In this document: positions 9,058 to 19,143 of the stretch, piece after piece
Layout: the number at the start of each line of letters is the position of its first letter
Numbering within the stretch: position 1 is the first letter of the stretch
Source: a bacterium
GTDB taxonomy: Bacteria; Hinthialibacterota; Hinthialibacteria; Hinthialibacterales; Hinthialibacteraceae
Length of the DNA stretch: 64,000 nucleotides
Direction of reading: 5' to 3'
NCBI GenBank assembly: GCA_963662285.2
Contig: CAXXMV010000002.1
Span: forward strand, 32,001-96,000
Program-made: the position numbers and the translations under genes
The notes under the pieces: generated by a model
The model's database searches: none
The model's input: the letters and a program-made list of their open reading frames with translations, nothing else
Told to the model about the DNA's origin: nothing

Positions 9058-10281
9058 ATGAAATATATCATTGCTATTCCCGATGGCGCCACAGACCGTC
9101 TTAGCGATTATCCCAATGGCGATACTCCGCTTCAGGTTGCAGCGACTCCAACTATGGATGAATTGGCCAATTGCGGCGAGGTTGGTTGGGCCAGGAATGT
9201 TCCCAACGGCTATCCACCGGGCAGCGATGTTGCATGTTTATCCATTTTTGGATTCAATCCTGCCGAAGTATATTCCGGCCGCGCTCCACTGGAGGCGGCG
9301 AATATGGGATTAGAACTAGGCGAGCGCGTCGCATTTCGATGCAACCTGGTGACCATCGAAGACGGCAGGATGAAAGAGTTCACCGCTGGTCATATCTCCA
9401 CCGAAGAGGCCGACCAACTTATTAAATCACTCCAATCCGAATTAGGCAGTGATCAAATCTCTTTTCATACCGGAGTGCAATACCGCCATATAACCATAAC
9501 TCCTCCTGAGTGGAATAAAGTACAATGCACTCCACCGCATGATATTCTCGACCAGAATATTGCTGATCATTTACCTCAAGGCGAAGCGGGACGACAGGTT
9601 CTGGATTTAATGGAACGCTCCAAAGCCATTTTCGAGAATCATCCGGTTAATCAAAAACGCGCAGCTATGGGAAAAGCCCAAGCCACCCAGATTTGGCTAT
9701 GGGGTCAGGGAACCAAGCCTCATCTGACCACCTATCAGGAACGCTTTAACATGGAAGGCGGCGTAATCTCCGCCGTTGACCTGATCCAGGGAATCGGTCG
9801 ACTCGCCGGACTCGAAGTAATTAAAGTTGACGGGGCGACAGGCTTACCGGATACAAATTACGAAGGAAAAGCGCAAGCGGCGTTACAATTGCTCAAAAGA
9901 CTCCCTTTCGTCTTAATACATGTTGAAAGCACCGACGAAATGGGACATGCTGGAGATGAAAAACGCAAAACCCAGGCGGTTGCTGATTTCGATAAGAGAA
10001 TGTTAAAAGTTTTAGTTGATGGTCTCCGGGAAAGCGGCGAAGATTTCCGCATCTTGCTTCTACCAGATCACCCGACGCCTATTGCTCTCAGAACTCACAC
10101 CAGTGATCCGGTTCCATTTTTACTGTTCGATAGCCGTGATGACAGCAAGAAAAGTGGTTCAGGCTATTCAGAAAAAGGCATCCTCGAAAGAACCAAAAAT
10201 GTGGTTGCCGGACACCGGGTCATTGAACTTTTGTGTCAAAAAACTTATATTGCTGATGAATTAATTGAAGAATTGGATTAA
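9058..10281 (+). CDS. apgM: Cofactor-independent phosphoglycerate mutase family (ApgM-like; proposed homoserine kinase subgroup)
   Basis: MKYIIAIPDGATD, PPGSDVA, YSGRAPLEAA, SAVDL, TDEMGH, PDHPTP and HTSDPVP. Start placed at ATG 9058. Confidence 0.85.
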   Translation: MKYIIAIPDGATDRLSDYPNGDTPLQVAATPTMDELANCGEVGWARNVPNGYPPGSDVACLSIFGFNPAEVYSGRAPLEAANMGLELGERVAFRCNLVTIEDGRMKEFTAGHISTEEADQLIKSLQSELGSDQISFHTGVQYRHITITPPEWNKVQCTPPHDILDQNIADHLPQGEAGRQVLDLMERSKAIFENHPVNQKRAAMGKAQATQIWLWGQGTKPHLTTYQERFNMEGGVISAVDLIQGIGRLAGLEVIKVDGATGLPDTNYEGKAQAALQLLKRLPFVLIHVESTDEMGHAGDEKRKTQAVADFDKRMLKVLVDGLRESGEDFRILLLPDHPTPIALRTHTSDPVPFLLFDSRDDSKKSGSGYSEKGILERTKNVVAGHRVIELLCQKTYIADELIEELD

Positions 10282-10302
10282 CCCAATTTCGAGGTATAAA
10301 AT

Positions 10303-11535
10303 ATGTCAATAATCGTTCAGAAATTCGGCGGGACATCAGTAGCCAATCCCGAAAAGATAATTGCCGCCGCCGGAAAAGCAGTACGCGAAGCCAAAGCAGG
10401 CCACCAGGTTGTTGTTACCGTGTCTGCCATGGCGGGAGAGACGGACCGGCTTTTGAACCTGGCAAATGAAATTGACCCAGCCGGATCACCGCGTGAAAAA
10501 GACATGTTAGCTTCTACCGGCGAGCAAGTAACAATTGCATTGATGTCTATGTCAATTCAAAAGTTAGGTTATCCGGCCATCTCATTCACCGGACCGCAAA
10601 TCGATATGCGAACCGATGGAAGCTTCACCAAAGCCAAAATCCTCAGCATTGACGCCGCTAAAATCACGGATGCGCTCAATAGTGGAAAGATTGTAGTTAT
10701 CGCAGGATTTCAAGGCCAAACCGATGACAAGGAAATAACAACCCTAGGTCGCGGCGGCTCCGATACCACCGCAGTCGCTATCGCCGCTGTATTAAAAGCA
10801 GATCGATGCGATATCTATACAGATGTTGACGGAGTCTATGCCGCTGATCCCCGCATTTTCCCTAAAGCGAAGAAAATTAATGCTTTATGCTATGAAGAAA
10901 TGCTGGAAATGGCCGGAAGCGGCGCAAAGGTTCTACATACCCGCTCAGTACAGTTCGCAGCAAATTATAAGGTTCCCTTACAGGTTCGATCCAGTTTTGA
11001 TGATATCCCAGGCACAATGATCACTGAGGAGGTTCAGGAAATGGAAAAAGTTGTTGTCAGTGCAATTACTCATAACGTTAAAGAAGCCAAAGTTACATTA
11101 ACCAGGATTGCTGACAAACCTGGTACTGCGGCTACTGTATTTAAATTTCTGGCGGATAAGAACATAAACGTCGACATGATCGTACAAAACGTTGGTAAAG
11201 AAGAACTTGCCGACATTTCATTCACCATAGAAATCACCGACGTCCCCTATCTTAAGAAGGTTGAAACAGAACTGCTTGGCATCATTGACGCTCAAGAAAT
11301 TCGATATGATGAAAAAATCGCCAAAATTTCAGCTATCGGCGTTGGCATGAAAGCTCATGCTGGCGTTGCGTCAAGAATGTTTCAAACCCTTGCAGACAAA
11401 GGCATTAACATTCTGATGATAAGCACATCCGAAATAAAAATATCTTGCGTTATAGATGAGGATTACACCGAATTAGCCGTTAGATCGCTATGCGAAGAGT
11501 TTGATCTTGTTAATGATGACGTCATACAAGAATAG
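10303..11535 (+). CDS. lysC: Aspartate kinase
   Basis: VQKFGGTSV, AGFQG, TTLGRGGSDTTAVA, IYTDVDGVY, two ACT domains, STSEIKIS. Confidence 0.96.
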   Translation: MSIIVQKFGGTSVANPEKIIAAAGKAVREAKAGHQVVVTVSAMAGETDRLLNLANEIDPAGSPREKDMLASTGEQVTIALMSMSIQKLGYPAISFTGPQIDMRTDGSFTKAKILSIDAAKITDALNSGKIVVIAGFQGQTDDKEITTLGRGGSDTTAVAIAAVLKADRCDIYTDVDGVYAADPRIFPKAKKINALCYEEMLEMAGSGAKVLHTRSVQFAANYKVPLQVRSSFDDIPGTMITEEVQEMEKVVVSAITHNVKEAKVTLTRIADKPGTAATVFKFLADKNINVDMIVQNVGKEELADISFTIEITDVPYLKKVETELLGIIDAQEIRYDEKIAKISAIGVGMKAHAGVASRMFQTLADKGINILMISTSEIKISCVIDEDYTELAVRSLCEEFDLVNDDVIQE

Positions 11536-11653
11536 TTGATTGATTGCGCCTTTTATCATAACACCCTGATAATACTTGTTTTTAAGTATATATTGAGAAT
11601 GCAATATTGTTGAAAAGCCAACATCAAGATATATCTATATAAATAAAGAAATA

Positions 11654-11699
11654 AAAAAGGGATTCACACAAAAACTCTGCGTGTGGCTCCCTTTTTTTT
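11654..11699. terminator. Probable bidirectional terminator
   Basis: AAAAAAAGGGA..CACAC...GTGTG..TCCCTTTTTTTT. Confidence 0.55.
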
Positions 11700-12030
11700 A
11701 CCATGAATTATGTCCAATATATTTTGAAAAAAAATCATTCAAAAAGTAAACTCGAATTATTCTATACTCCTTCTATAATATAAGAGAGTAGACAAAAAGT
11801 TGGTAAATGACGTAACTCACGCTATATTTTTACAGAATACAATCAAAGGAGAATCATTATATAGATTGAAAAAGTGCTAGAAAGGTTCTCAAAATAACTA
11901 AATTTAATACACTTATACATCGATACGCTTTTTATCAATTAAATCCTCAATCAAACATATGTGTAATCGTTGTATTGAGTTTATATTACTAGCGATAATC
12001 AATAATTCTCCTTATAGCAAAGGAATTCGC

Positions 12031-15000
12031 ATGATCAAACAAAGAGTATTGTTTGGAATAACTTTTAGTATCCTTCTTCTGATATCAAATCCCATTTTAG
12101 CAAAAAATGATAATCTAGAGGCTAAAACATACTTTGTTGTCTTAAACGAAACATCCGTTCTGCTTCATCAACAGAATATTAGCGGAGGAGCACAGTTAAA
12201 ATCCCCCCGATTCAAAGCCAAAAGCCTTGAAGCTCAGAACTATGCGCGTTCCCTGCAAAAGAAACAGCAGACAATTGAGCAGCAAATTTACGCCATTGAC
12301 GCGAACGCAAAAGTATTACACCGCTTCAACCGACTGGTTAACGCTCTTACCATGCAAGTCGATCCGGCAAAATTAAGCCGCCTAACAGAAATCCCCGGAG
12401 TATCATATATCTCTCCGATTCGCTCCGTTAAGCTTATGCTGACTAACAGTTCCGAATTGATGAACCTTCCCATGGCATGGAATCACCCGGATTTAGACTC
12501 CAATGCCGGTCAGGGAACCTTTATTGCCATTATCGATACAGGCATCGACATTACTCATCCTGCCTTTAATCCAGCTGGTTTTGATTACCCCGAAGGCTTC
12601 CCCAAAGGCGATCCGGCATTCACCACCACAAAAGTCATAGCCGCAAGATCATTTCCACCCCTGGTTGGCAATCAGGGGGATTCATCCTTGTTCGACCGCA
12701 TGGGACATGGAACCAATGTTGCATCAATTGCGGCGGCGAATTTTAACAGCCCTTCTCCTCTTGGAAAGCTTTCCGGAGTGGCGCCACGGGCATATATTGG
12801 CAATTACAAAGTATTCACTTCCGATAATGCTGACAATGAGCAGGTCATTAGGGCGATAGAAAGCGCGGTAGAAGATGGCGCCGATATCATAAACCTCAGC
12901 CTTGGATCAGCTGTATTCGCCGATCCACATCATGATCTGATGGTCGCAGCTGTTCGAAACGCAGTTGATCTTGGAGTCGTAGTAGTCATTGCTGCAGGGA
13001 ATGACGGCGGTGAACCTTATGCCATTGGCAATCCGGCGCAGGTCGACCAGGCCATCACGGTTGGCTCAATAACAAATTCTCATTATTCCAACGGTAATCC
13101 ATCCGCGTTTGATGTTCAGATCACGGTATATGCTGATGGAGATGAAATTGTATCAAAAGCGCATGCCGTAATCGGAGGCAGCGGCGGTCCGTATACCCAA
13201 CCCATCATCGGCGAGTTTCCCTTGAAAGATATCGATTTATTAGATGGCGGAGGTTACGGTGGATTAACTAACGGATTGGTATGCGAACCTTTGAATCTTG
13301 ACCAACCATTAAACTCTTATGTTCTGGCCATGCGCGGCGAATGCAACTTCGTTGATAAAACAAATAACCTAAGCAACGCAGGCGCTATCGGAGTTATTTA
13401 TATCGATAACAAAGACAACCAATCACTTGATTGGCTCGCAGCAGAAGGAACCACCATTCCCAGTATGCTTATCGATAAAACTTCGGGCTTACTAATTAAA
13501 GACGCCATTCAATCCAGCCAAAGCGTAATTGTTAAGATTGATGGCGATCCAATCTCTGATAACAACCAGCCGCCCAACCTGCTTTCTACCTATAGCGCCG
13601 AAGGTCCCAGCGTAGGTAATATATTAAAACCAGACATTGTTACCATTGGCGAAGGCAGTTTCGCCGGGACGCAAAATGATATTGCCGTTGAAAGTGAGTT
13701 TAATGCATCAGGTTACTTCTGGTTATCTGGTACAAGCATGTCAGCGCCGCGGGTAGCTGGACTTGCCGCTATTCTACGGCAATTACACCCGGATTGGCCT
13801 CCGGCCTGGATTAAATCAGCGCTGACGCTTTCTGCAAAACAACCTGTATATAAGAAAAACAACAGTTCGCAAAAGGCTTCCGTTCTTCAACGAGGCGCTG
13901 GCGCAGTGGACGCTGAAGCGGCTCTAAACGTCGAAACTATAGTTTTTCCATCATTAATTGGATTCGGCGCCTATATGGTTGATGATTTGGCGCCCTTGCC
14001 TGGATGGATAACAATTGTAAACCCCTCAAACCAGGATTGCTCATATACCTTAACGCCATCCGATGATGCTGTCAGCCAGGGAATAAGCATTTCAACTTCC
14101 AGTTTTTCCTTATCCACAAAAGAGAAAATCGAAATCGAAATCAGTTTCAACTCTCTCGCCGGTTTGCAGGATGGAGATAATCAAGGTGAATTGGTTTTGG
14201 TTAATTCAACAACCCACGAATCTTATGAAATTCCATATTGGATACAAAAACGCACCAGCCTGGAACCATATGGCGATATTCTTCTGGTTGATGACGATAA
14301 TGGACAGTTTTTTGAAAATTATTACATGGATCGATTAGACGAAATAAACATTGATTATACCTGGTGGGATGTACAAAACCATGAAGGATATCCCACCCTG
14401 GATTATTTATCTCAATTCAAAACAGTTCTTTGGTTCCTGGCGAATAATACATTAAATTCCATTCTTGACGAGAGTACGCCCAGTTATCGCAGAATGTATA
14501 ATTCACATCTTCTTTTTGAACTGGATCTAATGCAATATCTTATCGAAGGCGGCTCCATGATTCTTTCCGGACAGGATTACTCCGATGATAAGGAGACGGC
14601 TGCTTTTACACAGGAGATTCTATCTGTTAGAACATCCGATTACGAAAATGGCGCATCTACTATCCAAGGCATAGCTAACCATCCCTTCACTGATGGATTG
14701 GGTCCATATTCCATGAGTTTTCCAGAGGGATATGAGAATTGGACTGATTTTTTAAACCCGGCCGATAACAATCGCGTTGAACGGGCCTTTATAGCCAATG
14801 GAAGCCGATCAAGAACGACTGGCGTAACAATAGATACCGACTCATATCGAGCCATATTTTTAGCCTTTCCCCTGGAAGTTTTGGATGAAGTCGCAGGAGC
14901 AACTATTCTACAAAAAGGAATTCAGTGGTTATGGGAAAAAGAGACAGAAAAATCTCCCAGCGTAACAGAAATATCACCTTCACAGATTGATATCACCCAA

Positions 15001-15264
15001 GACTCCGGACCATACGAAATAACAGTTAAAGGAAAAGGCTTTATTTTCAAACATGGATACCGCGCATTACTCGACTTTGTTCCACTAACAGATATTACAC
15101 GTCAAGATAACAACACCTTGACCGGTAATATCCCTGCTGGTATAGAATCGGGTGCGTATACTTTACATTTGGTGACTGGAGACGGACATGAGCTTCGTCT
15201 TGAGAACGCATTGACGGCATCTGACGGTTCTAGTACAAATGTATGGGATTGGGCGCTTTATTGA
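12031..15264 (+). CDS. Secreted S8 subtilisin-like peptidase (Vpr-like: I9 propeptide, PA insertion, C-terminal extra domains)
   Basis: Signal peptide. Catalytic triad IIDTGID, GHGTNVA, SGTSMSAP; oxyanion AAGND; PA motif RGECNFVDK; IPT-like C-terminal segment. Start placed at ATG 12031 after AGGA. Confidence 0.92.
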   Translation: MIKQRVLFGITFSILLLISNPILAKNDNLEAKTYFVVLNETSVLLHQQNISGGAQLKSPRFKAKSLEAQNYARSLQKKQQTIEQQIYAIDANAKVLHRFNRLVNALTMQVDPAKLSRLTEIPGVSYISPIRSVKLMLTNSSELMNLPMAWNHPDLDSNAGQGTFIAIIDTGIDITHPAFNPAGFDYPEGFPKGDPAFTTTKVIAARSFPPLVGNQGDSSLFDRMGHGTNVASIAAANFNSPSPLGKLSGVAPRAYIGNYKVFTSDNADNEQVIRAIESAVEDGADIINLSLGSAVFADPHHDLMVAAVRNAVDLGVVVVIAAGNDGGEPYAIGNPAQVDQAITVGSITNSHYSNGNPSAFDVQITVYADGDEIVSKAHAVIGGSGGPYTQPIIGEFPLKDIDLLDGGGYGGLTNGLVCEPLNLDQPLNSYVLAMRGECNFVDKTNNLSNAGAIGVIYIDNKDNQSLDWLAAEGTTIPSMLIDKTSGLLIKDAIQSSQSVIVKIDGDPISDNNQPPNLLSTYSAEGPSVGNILKPDIVTIGEGSFAGTQNDIAVESEFNASGYFWLSGTSMSAPRVAGLAAILRQLHPDWPPAWIKSALTLSAKQPVYKKNNSSQKASVLQRGAGAVDAEAALNVETIVFPSLIGFGAYMVDDLAPLPGWITIVNPSNQDCSYTLTPSDDAVSQGISISTSSFSLSTKEKIEIEISFNSLAGLQDGDNQGELVLVNSTTHESYEIPYWIQKRTSLEPYGDILLVDDDNGQFFENYYMDRLDEINIDYTWWDVQNHEGYPTLDYLSQFKTVLWFLANNTLNSILDESTPSYRRMYNSHLLFELDLMQYLIEGGSMILSGQDYSDDKETAAFTQEILSVRTSDYENGASTIQGIANHPFTDGLGPYSMSFPEGYENWTDFLNPADNNRVERAFIANGSRSRTTGVTIDTDSYRAIFLAFPLEVLDEVAGATILQKGIQWLWEKETEKSPSVTEISPSQIDITQDSGPYEITVKGKGFIFKHGYRALLDFVPLTDITRQDNNTLTGNIPAGIESGAYTLHLVTGDGHELRLENALTASDGSSTNVWDWALY

Positions 15265-15343
15265 TTCATTAATCCGCCCTAGAATAACCCATAGGAATTA
15301 ATATTGAACTAGAGAATTAACATATAATTCTCTAGTTTGTTTA

Positions 15344-15412
15344 TATAGCGGTTCACAAAACTATATGCGGATTGAAAACGCATAAACTCACGTAATATTG
15401 AGAATCGCTCTA
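15344..15412. mobile_element. TAGAGCG-ended MITE copy
   Basis: Terminal inverted repeats TATAGCGGTTCACAA / TTGAGAATCGCTCTA; homologous to 18553 and 47106. Confidence 0.7.
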
Positions 15413-15493
15413 TACTTGTTTTCTGGATGGGTTTCCAAAACTCCTGGCTTTTGAACTCCACCTCATTTATGGATAAAGAAAGGTATTAATTTT

Positions 15494-17059
15494 GTGAGCG
15501 GTAAAATAGAACTATTCGACACAACTCTTCGCGATGGAACACAAGGGGAAGGCGTAAATCTTTCCGTAGAAGATAAAATCCGCATTGCCCAGCGTATGGA
15601 TGATTTCGGCATTGCTTTCATCGAAGGCGGATGGCCCGGATCAAATCCCAAAGATATTGAATTCTTTAATCGCGCGAAAGAGGTAACTTTCAAGCAGACG
15701 ACAATTACCGCATTCGGCAGCACTCGTCATGCGAAGAACACTGCTGAGAACGATCCTAACCTGAAAGCCATGCTGGAAGCAGAGACCAAAGCTGTGACCA
15801 TTTTCGGTAAAACCTGGGATTTACATGTTCTCAACGCCCTGCGCGTCGAATTGCAGGATAACCTCGATATGATCGAAGATTCGGTGCGTTATTTGAAAGA
15901 TAACGGACGGCATGTTATCTACGACGCAGAACATTTCTTCGATGGCTATAAAAATAATAATGAGTATGCCCTGCAAACAATCGAAGCCGCTTCCAGAGCA
16001 GGCGCAGATGTTATCGTGTTATGCGATACCAACGGCGGTTGTCTGCCTCATGAAATTACCGAGATAGTCCGCGTCGCCAAACAGAAGATCAATTGTAAAC
16101 TTGGCATTCATACTCACAACGATTCCGGCTGCGCCGACGCCAACGCATTAGCGGCTGTTAAAGAAGGCGCCACGCACGTTCAAGGAACGTTCAATGGATA
16201 CGGCGAACGCTGCGGCAACTCCGACCTATCTATCATCGTTCCCAACCTGATGCTCAAAATGGGTTATGACGTGGTTTCAGAAGAGCAATTACGCGATCTG
16301 CACAGCCTTTCGCTTTATATCAGTGAATTAGCCAATGTTCCTCCTAGAAAGAATCACCCTTTTGTCGGATTAAGCGCCTTCGCCCATAAAGGCGGCATTC
16401 ACGTCAGCGCCGTCCAACGCGACGCCCGCACTTATGAACACATCAATCCCGAACTAGTCGGAAACGTACAACGCGTACTTGTATCGGAACTTTCCGGACA
16501 ATCAAATATTTTTCATCACCTAAAATGCATGGGCATTGAATTAGACAAGACTTCCACTGTAGCGCGGGGCATTTTGGAAAAGATTAAAAACCTCGAAAAT
16601 CAAGGCTATTTCTTCGAAGCAGCTGAAGCATCTCTCGAAATACTGATTCGTAAAGAAATGGGGCAATATTCTCCATTCTTCGATCTCGTAGCCTATCGCG
16701 TTCTGGTAGACCAGCATAAAGGCAGCCTAAGATGTGAATCTACCGTTCGCGTAAAAGTGGACGACGAAACTTACTTCATGGCGGGAGATGGCGACGGCCC
16801 GGTTAATGCTTTAGACAATGCTTTACGCAAAGCCCTCGAAGCCAAATACCCCAGATTGCAGGAAGTTCATTTGAACGACTTTACTGTTCGCATCATCGAC
16901 AACGGGCGCGGCACCGCCGCCATGACCCGCGTATTGATCGAATCAAGCGACGGCAAGAACGAATGGATCACTATGGGCGTTTCTGAAAACTTAATAGAGG
17001 CTTCATGGGAAGCGTTAGTCGACAGCATAGAATACAAACTATTATTAGATGAAAAATAA
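15494..17059 (+). CDS. cimA: Citramalate synthase
   Basis: DTTLRDGTQGEG, EGGWPGSNPKD, IFGKTWDLHV, YDAEHFFDG, LCDTNGG, SAFAHKGGIH, GDGPVNALD. Confidence 0.93.
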   Translation: MSGKIELFDTTLRDGTQGEGVNLSVEDKIRIAQRMDDFGIAFIEGGWPGSNPKDIEFFNRAKEVTFKQTTITAFGSTRHAKNTAENDPNLKAMLEAETKAVTIFGKTWDLHVLNALRVELQDNLDMIEDSVRYLKDNGRHVIYDAEHFFDGYKNNNEYALQTIEAASRAGADVIVLCDTNGGCLPHEITEIVRVAKQKINCKLGIHTHNDSGCADANALAAVKEGATHVQGTFNGYGERCGNSDLSIIVPNLMLKMGYDVVSEEQLRDLHSLSLYISELANVPPRKNHPFVGLSAFAHKGGIHVSAVQRDARTYEHINPELVGNVQRVLVSELSGQSNIFHHLKCMGIELDKTSTVARGILEKIKNLENQGYFFEAAEASLEILIRKEMGQYSPFFDLVAYRVLVDQHKGSLRCESTVRVKVDDETYFMAGDGDGPVNALDNALRKALEAKYPRLQEVHLNDFTVRIIDNGRGTAAMTRVLIESSDGKNEWITMGVSENLIEASWEALVDSIEYKLLLDEK

Positions 17060-18374
17060 ACTACGATACGCCATTATCGGCGGCGGCGCCGCCGGATGCA
17101 CCCTGGCATGGCATTTAACGCGAAATGGTCATTATGTGTGCGTCTATGAAAAAGAACGTGGTGTGGGCGGTCTGGCATCCGATATTCCCTTCGGTCAGAC
17201 AAAACTAGACCGCTTTTATCATCACATTTTCACCAGCGATACCCATGTCACGTCATTTATTGATAAAGTGGGTTTATCTTCAAAACTTCATTGGTGCGAT
17301 TCATCCGTCGGCTTTGAACACCACGGCAAGTTCTATCCGTTTACCACGCCGCTAGACCTCATTCGCTTTTCTCCTCTTTCACTATGGTCTCGAATTCGGG
17401 TTGGTTTATCGGTGCTCAAAATGAAACGCCGGAAAACATACCTGGATTTGGAGAACATCACCGCAGAAGAACTCATCATAAAAGAGATGGGCAAAGAAGC
17501 CTATAAAATCTTATGGGAACCTCTGCTGCGCTCCAAATTCGGCGAACGATATAAAGAAGTCTCCGCCGTTTGGTTTTGGGGCAAGATGAAGTTACGTGGA
17601 GGAACCCGGTCTAAAAGCGGCGCAGGGGAGTGTTTAGGCTATCTAAAAGATGGCTGGGGTCAACTTTATCAGCGCATGGCCGATCAGATCGTCCAACAAG
17701 GCGGAACTTTCCACTTTTCAAATTTTGTATGCCAAATACAAAAAACCGAATCGGGTATCATGGTGAGCACTAAAAAGGGACATCAAGAGGAATATGACCG
17801 CGTACTGGTCACTCCCAGCGTTCCATCTTTCATCGAAATGACGCCCTCGCTCCCCGATGACTACAAGCAGGAAATATCAAAAATACCCTATCAATCTAAT
17901 ATAACCATGGCGCTGGGTCTCGAACGTCCGATATCTCCTCATTACTGGTTGAATATTACCGATCCTGAATCGCCTTTTGTTGCGGTGATCGAGCATACCA
18001 AACTTTTTAATGATCCCGATTATGGCGAATTGACGCCATTCTATCTATCACGCTATCTAAGTTCGGACCACCCCTATTATTCGATGCCCGCCAAGGAACT
18101 CAAGGATATTTTCTTCTCTTACCTGGAACGCCTGTTCCCTGGCTTTAAGCGGGAAGAAATCAATAGTTTCACCTTATCAAAAGCCCTATACGCCCAACCA
18201 GTTGTAGGATTGCACTATTCAAAAAATAAACCCTCGTTCGATACGCCGATCAAGGGCCTGCACCTTTGCACCATGCTGCAAATCTACCCTGAAGACCGGG
18301 GTATGAACTACAGCATCAAGATCGCCGAAGAAATGTTACTCCACCTTGGCGAACTGGAAAACTTATCCGTATAG
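17049..18374 (+). CDS. FAD-dependent oxidoreductase (amine oxidase/protoporphyrinogen oxidase-like)
   Basis: GGGAAG dinucleotide motif, DRFYHHIFTSD, SAVWFWGK, QIYPEDRGMNYS. Confidence 0.8.
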   Translation: MKNKLRYAIIGGGAAGCTLAWHLTRNGHYVCVYEKERGVGGLASDIPFGQTKLDRFYHHIFTSDTHVTSFIDKVGLSSKLHWCDSSVGFEHHGKFYPFTTPLDLIRFSPLSLWSRIRVGLSVLKMKRRKTYLDLENITAEELIIKEMGKEAYKILWEPLLRSKFGERYKEVSAVWFWGKMKLRGGTRSKSGAGECLGYLKDGWGQLYQRMADQIVQQGGTFHFSNFVCQIQKTESGIMVSTKKGHQEEYDRVLVTPSVPSFIEMTPSLPDDYKQEISKIPYQSNITMALGLERPISPHYWLNITDPESPFVAVIEHTKLFNDPDYGELTPFYLSRYLSSDHPYYSMPAKELKDIFFSYLERLFPGFKREEINSFTLSKALYAQPVVGLHYSKNKPSFDTPIKGLHLCTMLQIYPEDRGMNYSIKIAEEMLLHLGELENLSV

Positions 18375-18552
18375 AGCGGTTTACAAACCCATGTTGGTTT
18401 AAACAAACATTCGCCATCAAAAAATACTCCCTTTATGACCTTTTTGATGGCGAAAAATTATGGAAAGATTTAACCGCCTCACTCAACCGGTCCAGATAAA
18501 ATTCTCCCCCTGCCAGTTTTATCTGGTGAAAAAAGAAAATACCTGCCATTTC

Positions 18553-18632
18553 TATAGCGGTTAACAAGAATACGTGCGCATTGATAACTTTTAACAACCG
18601 CATTAACGCACATTATTTTGAGAACCGCTCTA
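18553..18632. mobile_element. TAGAGCG-ended MITE copy
   Basis: TATAGCGGTTAACAA ... TTGAGAACCGCTCTA. Confidence 0.72.
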
Positions 18633-18639
18633 AATCAGA

Positions 18640-19011
18640 TTAAAAGTCGTCTTCATCCGGCTCGCTGTCAAAATCATCAAAATCATCATCGTAATCATCA
18701 TCATCTTTTATATCTTCAAAATCATCATCGTAATCGTCATCATCATCAAAAAGGTCTTGATCCTCAATGCTATCATCGTCATCGTCATAGTCGAATTCCG
18801 GCTTTTGCATCATACCTAACATGATCATTTCATAGAAGGAGACTATGGAACATGATTCATCCTCTATCTCCATAACAGCAAGCATTAATGGAGTAAAACC
18901 CCCAACACGATCATGCTTGAAAAGAATCAATAATCGCATACTTTCCAGTGGAACAACGAGCGCTCTACAACCGTCTCTCAGACTCTCAATCTTTGGAAGA
19001 TTAGTTAACAT
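18640..19011 (-). CDS. Hypothetical protein with long Asp-rich tail
   Basis: GAGGAG RBS; ~73-aa globular part followed by ~50 aa of mostly D/E with spaced F/Y. Confidence 0.7.
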   Translation of the reverse strand: MLTNLPKIESLRDGCRALVVPLESMRLLILFKHDRVGGFTPLMLAVMEIEDESCSIVSFYEMIMLGMMQKPEFDYDDDDDSIEDQDLFDDDDDYDDDFEDIKDDDDYDDDFDDFDSEPDEDDF

Positions 19012-19143
19012 TTGTCGAACTCCTCAAACTATTAATCCTTGAGGGAATACCCCCTCCCATGCGTTTTTAAAAACGTTTCTAGCTGGGTACATTACACTGA
19101 AGTGTGATCAAGTCAATAGCTTATTTTAAATATTTTTAAACTA

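Noticed and set aside
18645-18790. TCATCA-rich tandem pattern as a CRISPR array or His-rich ORF
   Set aside because: It is the antisense of Asp codons in the acidic tail; there is no repeat-spacer structure.
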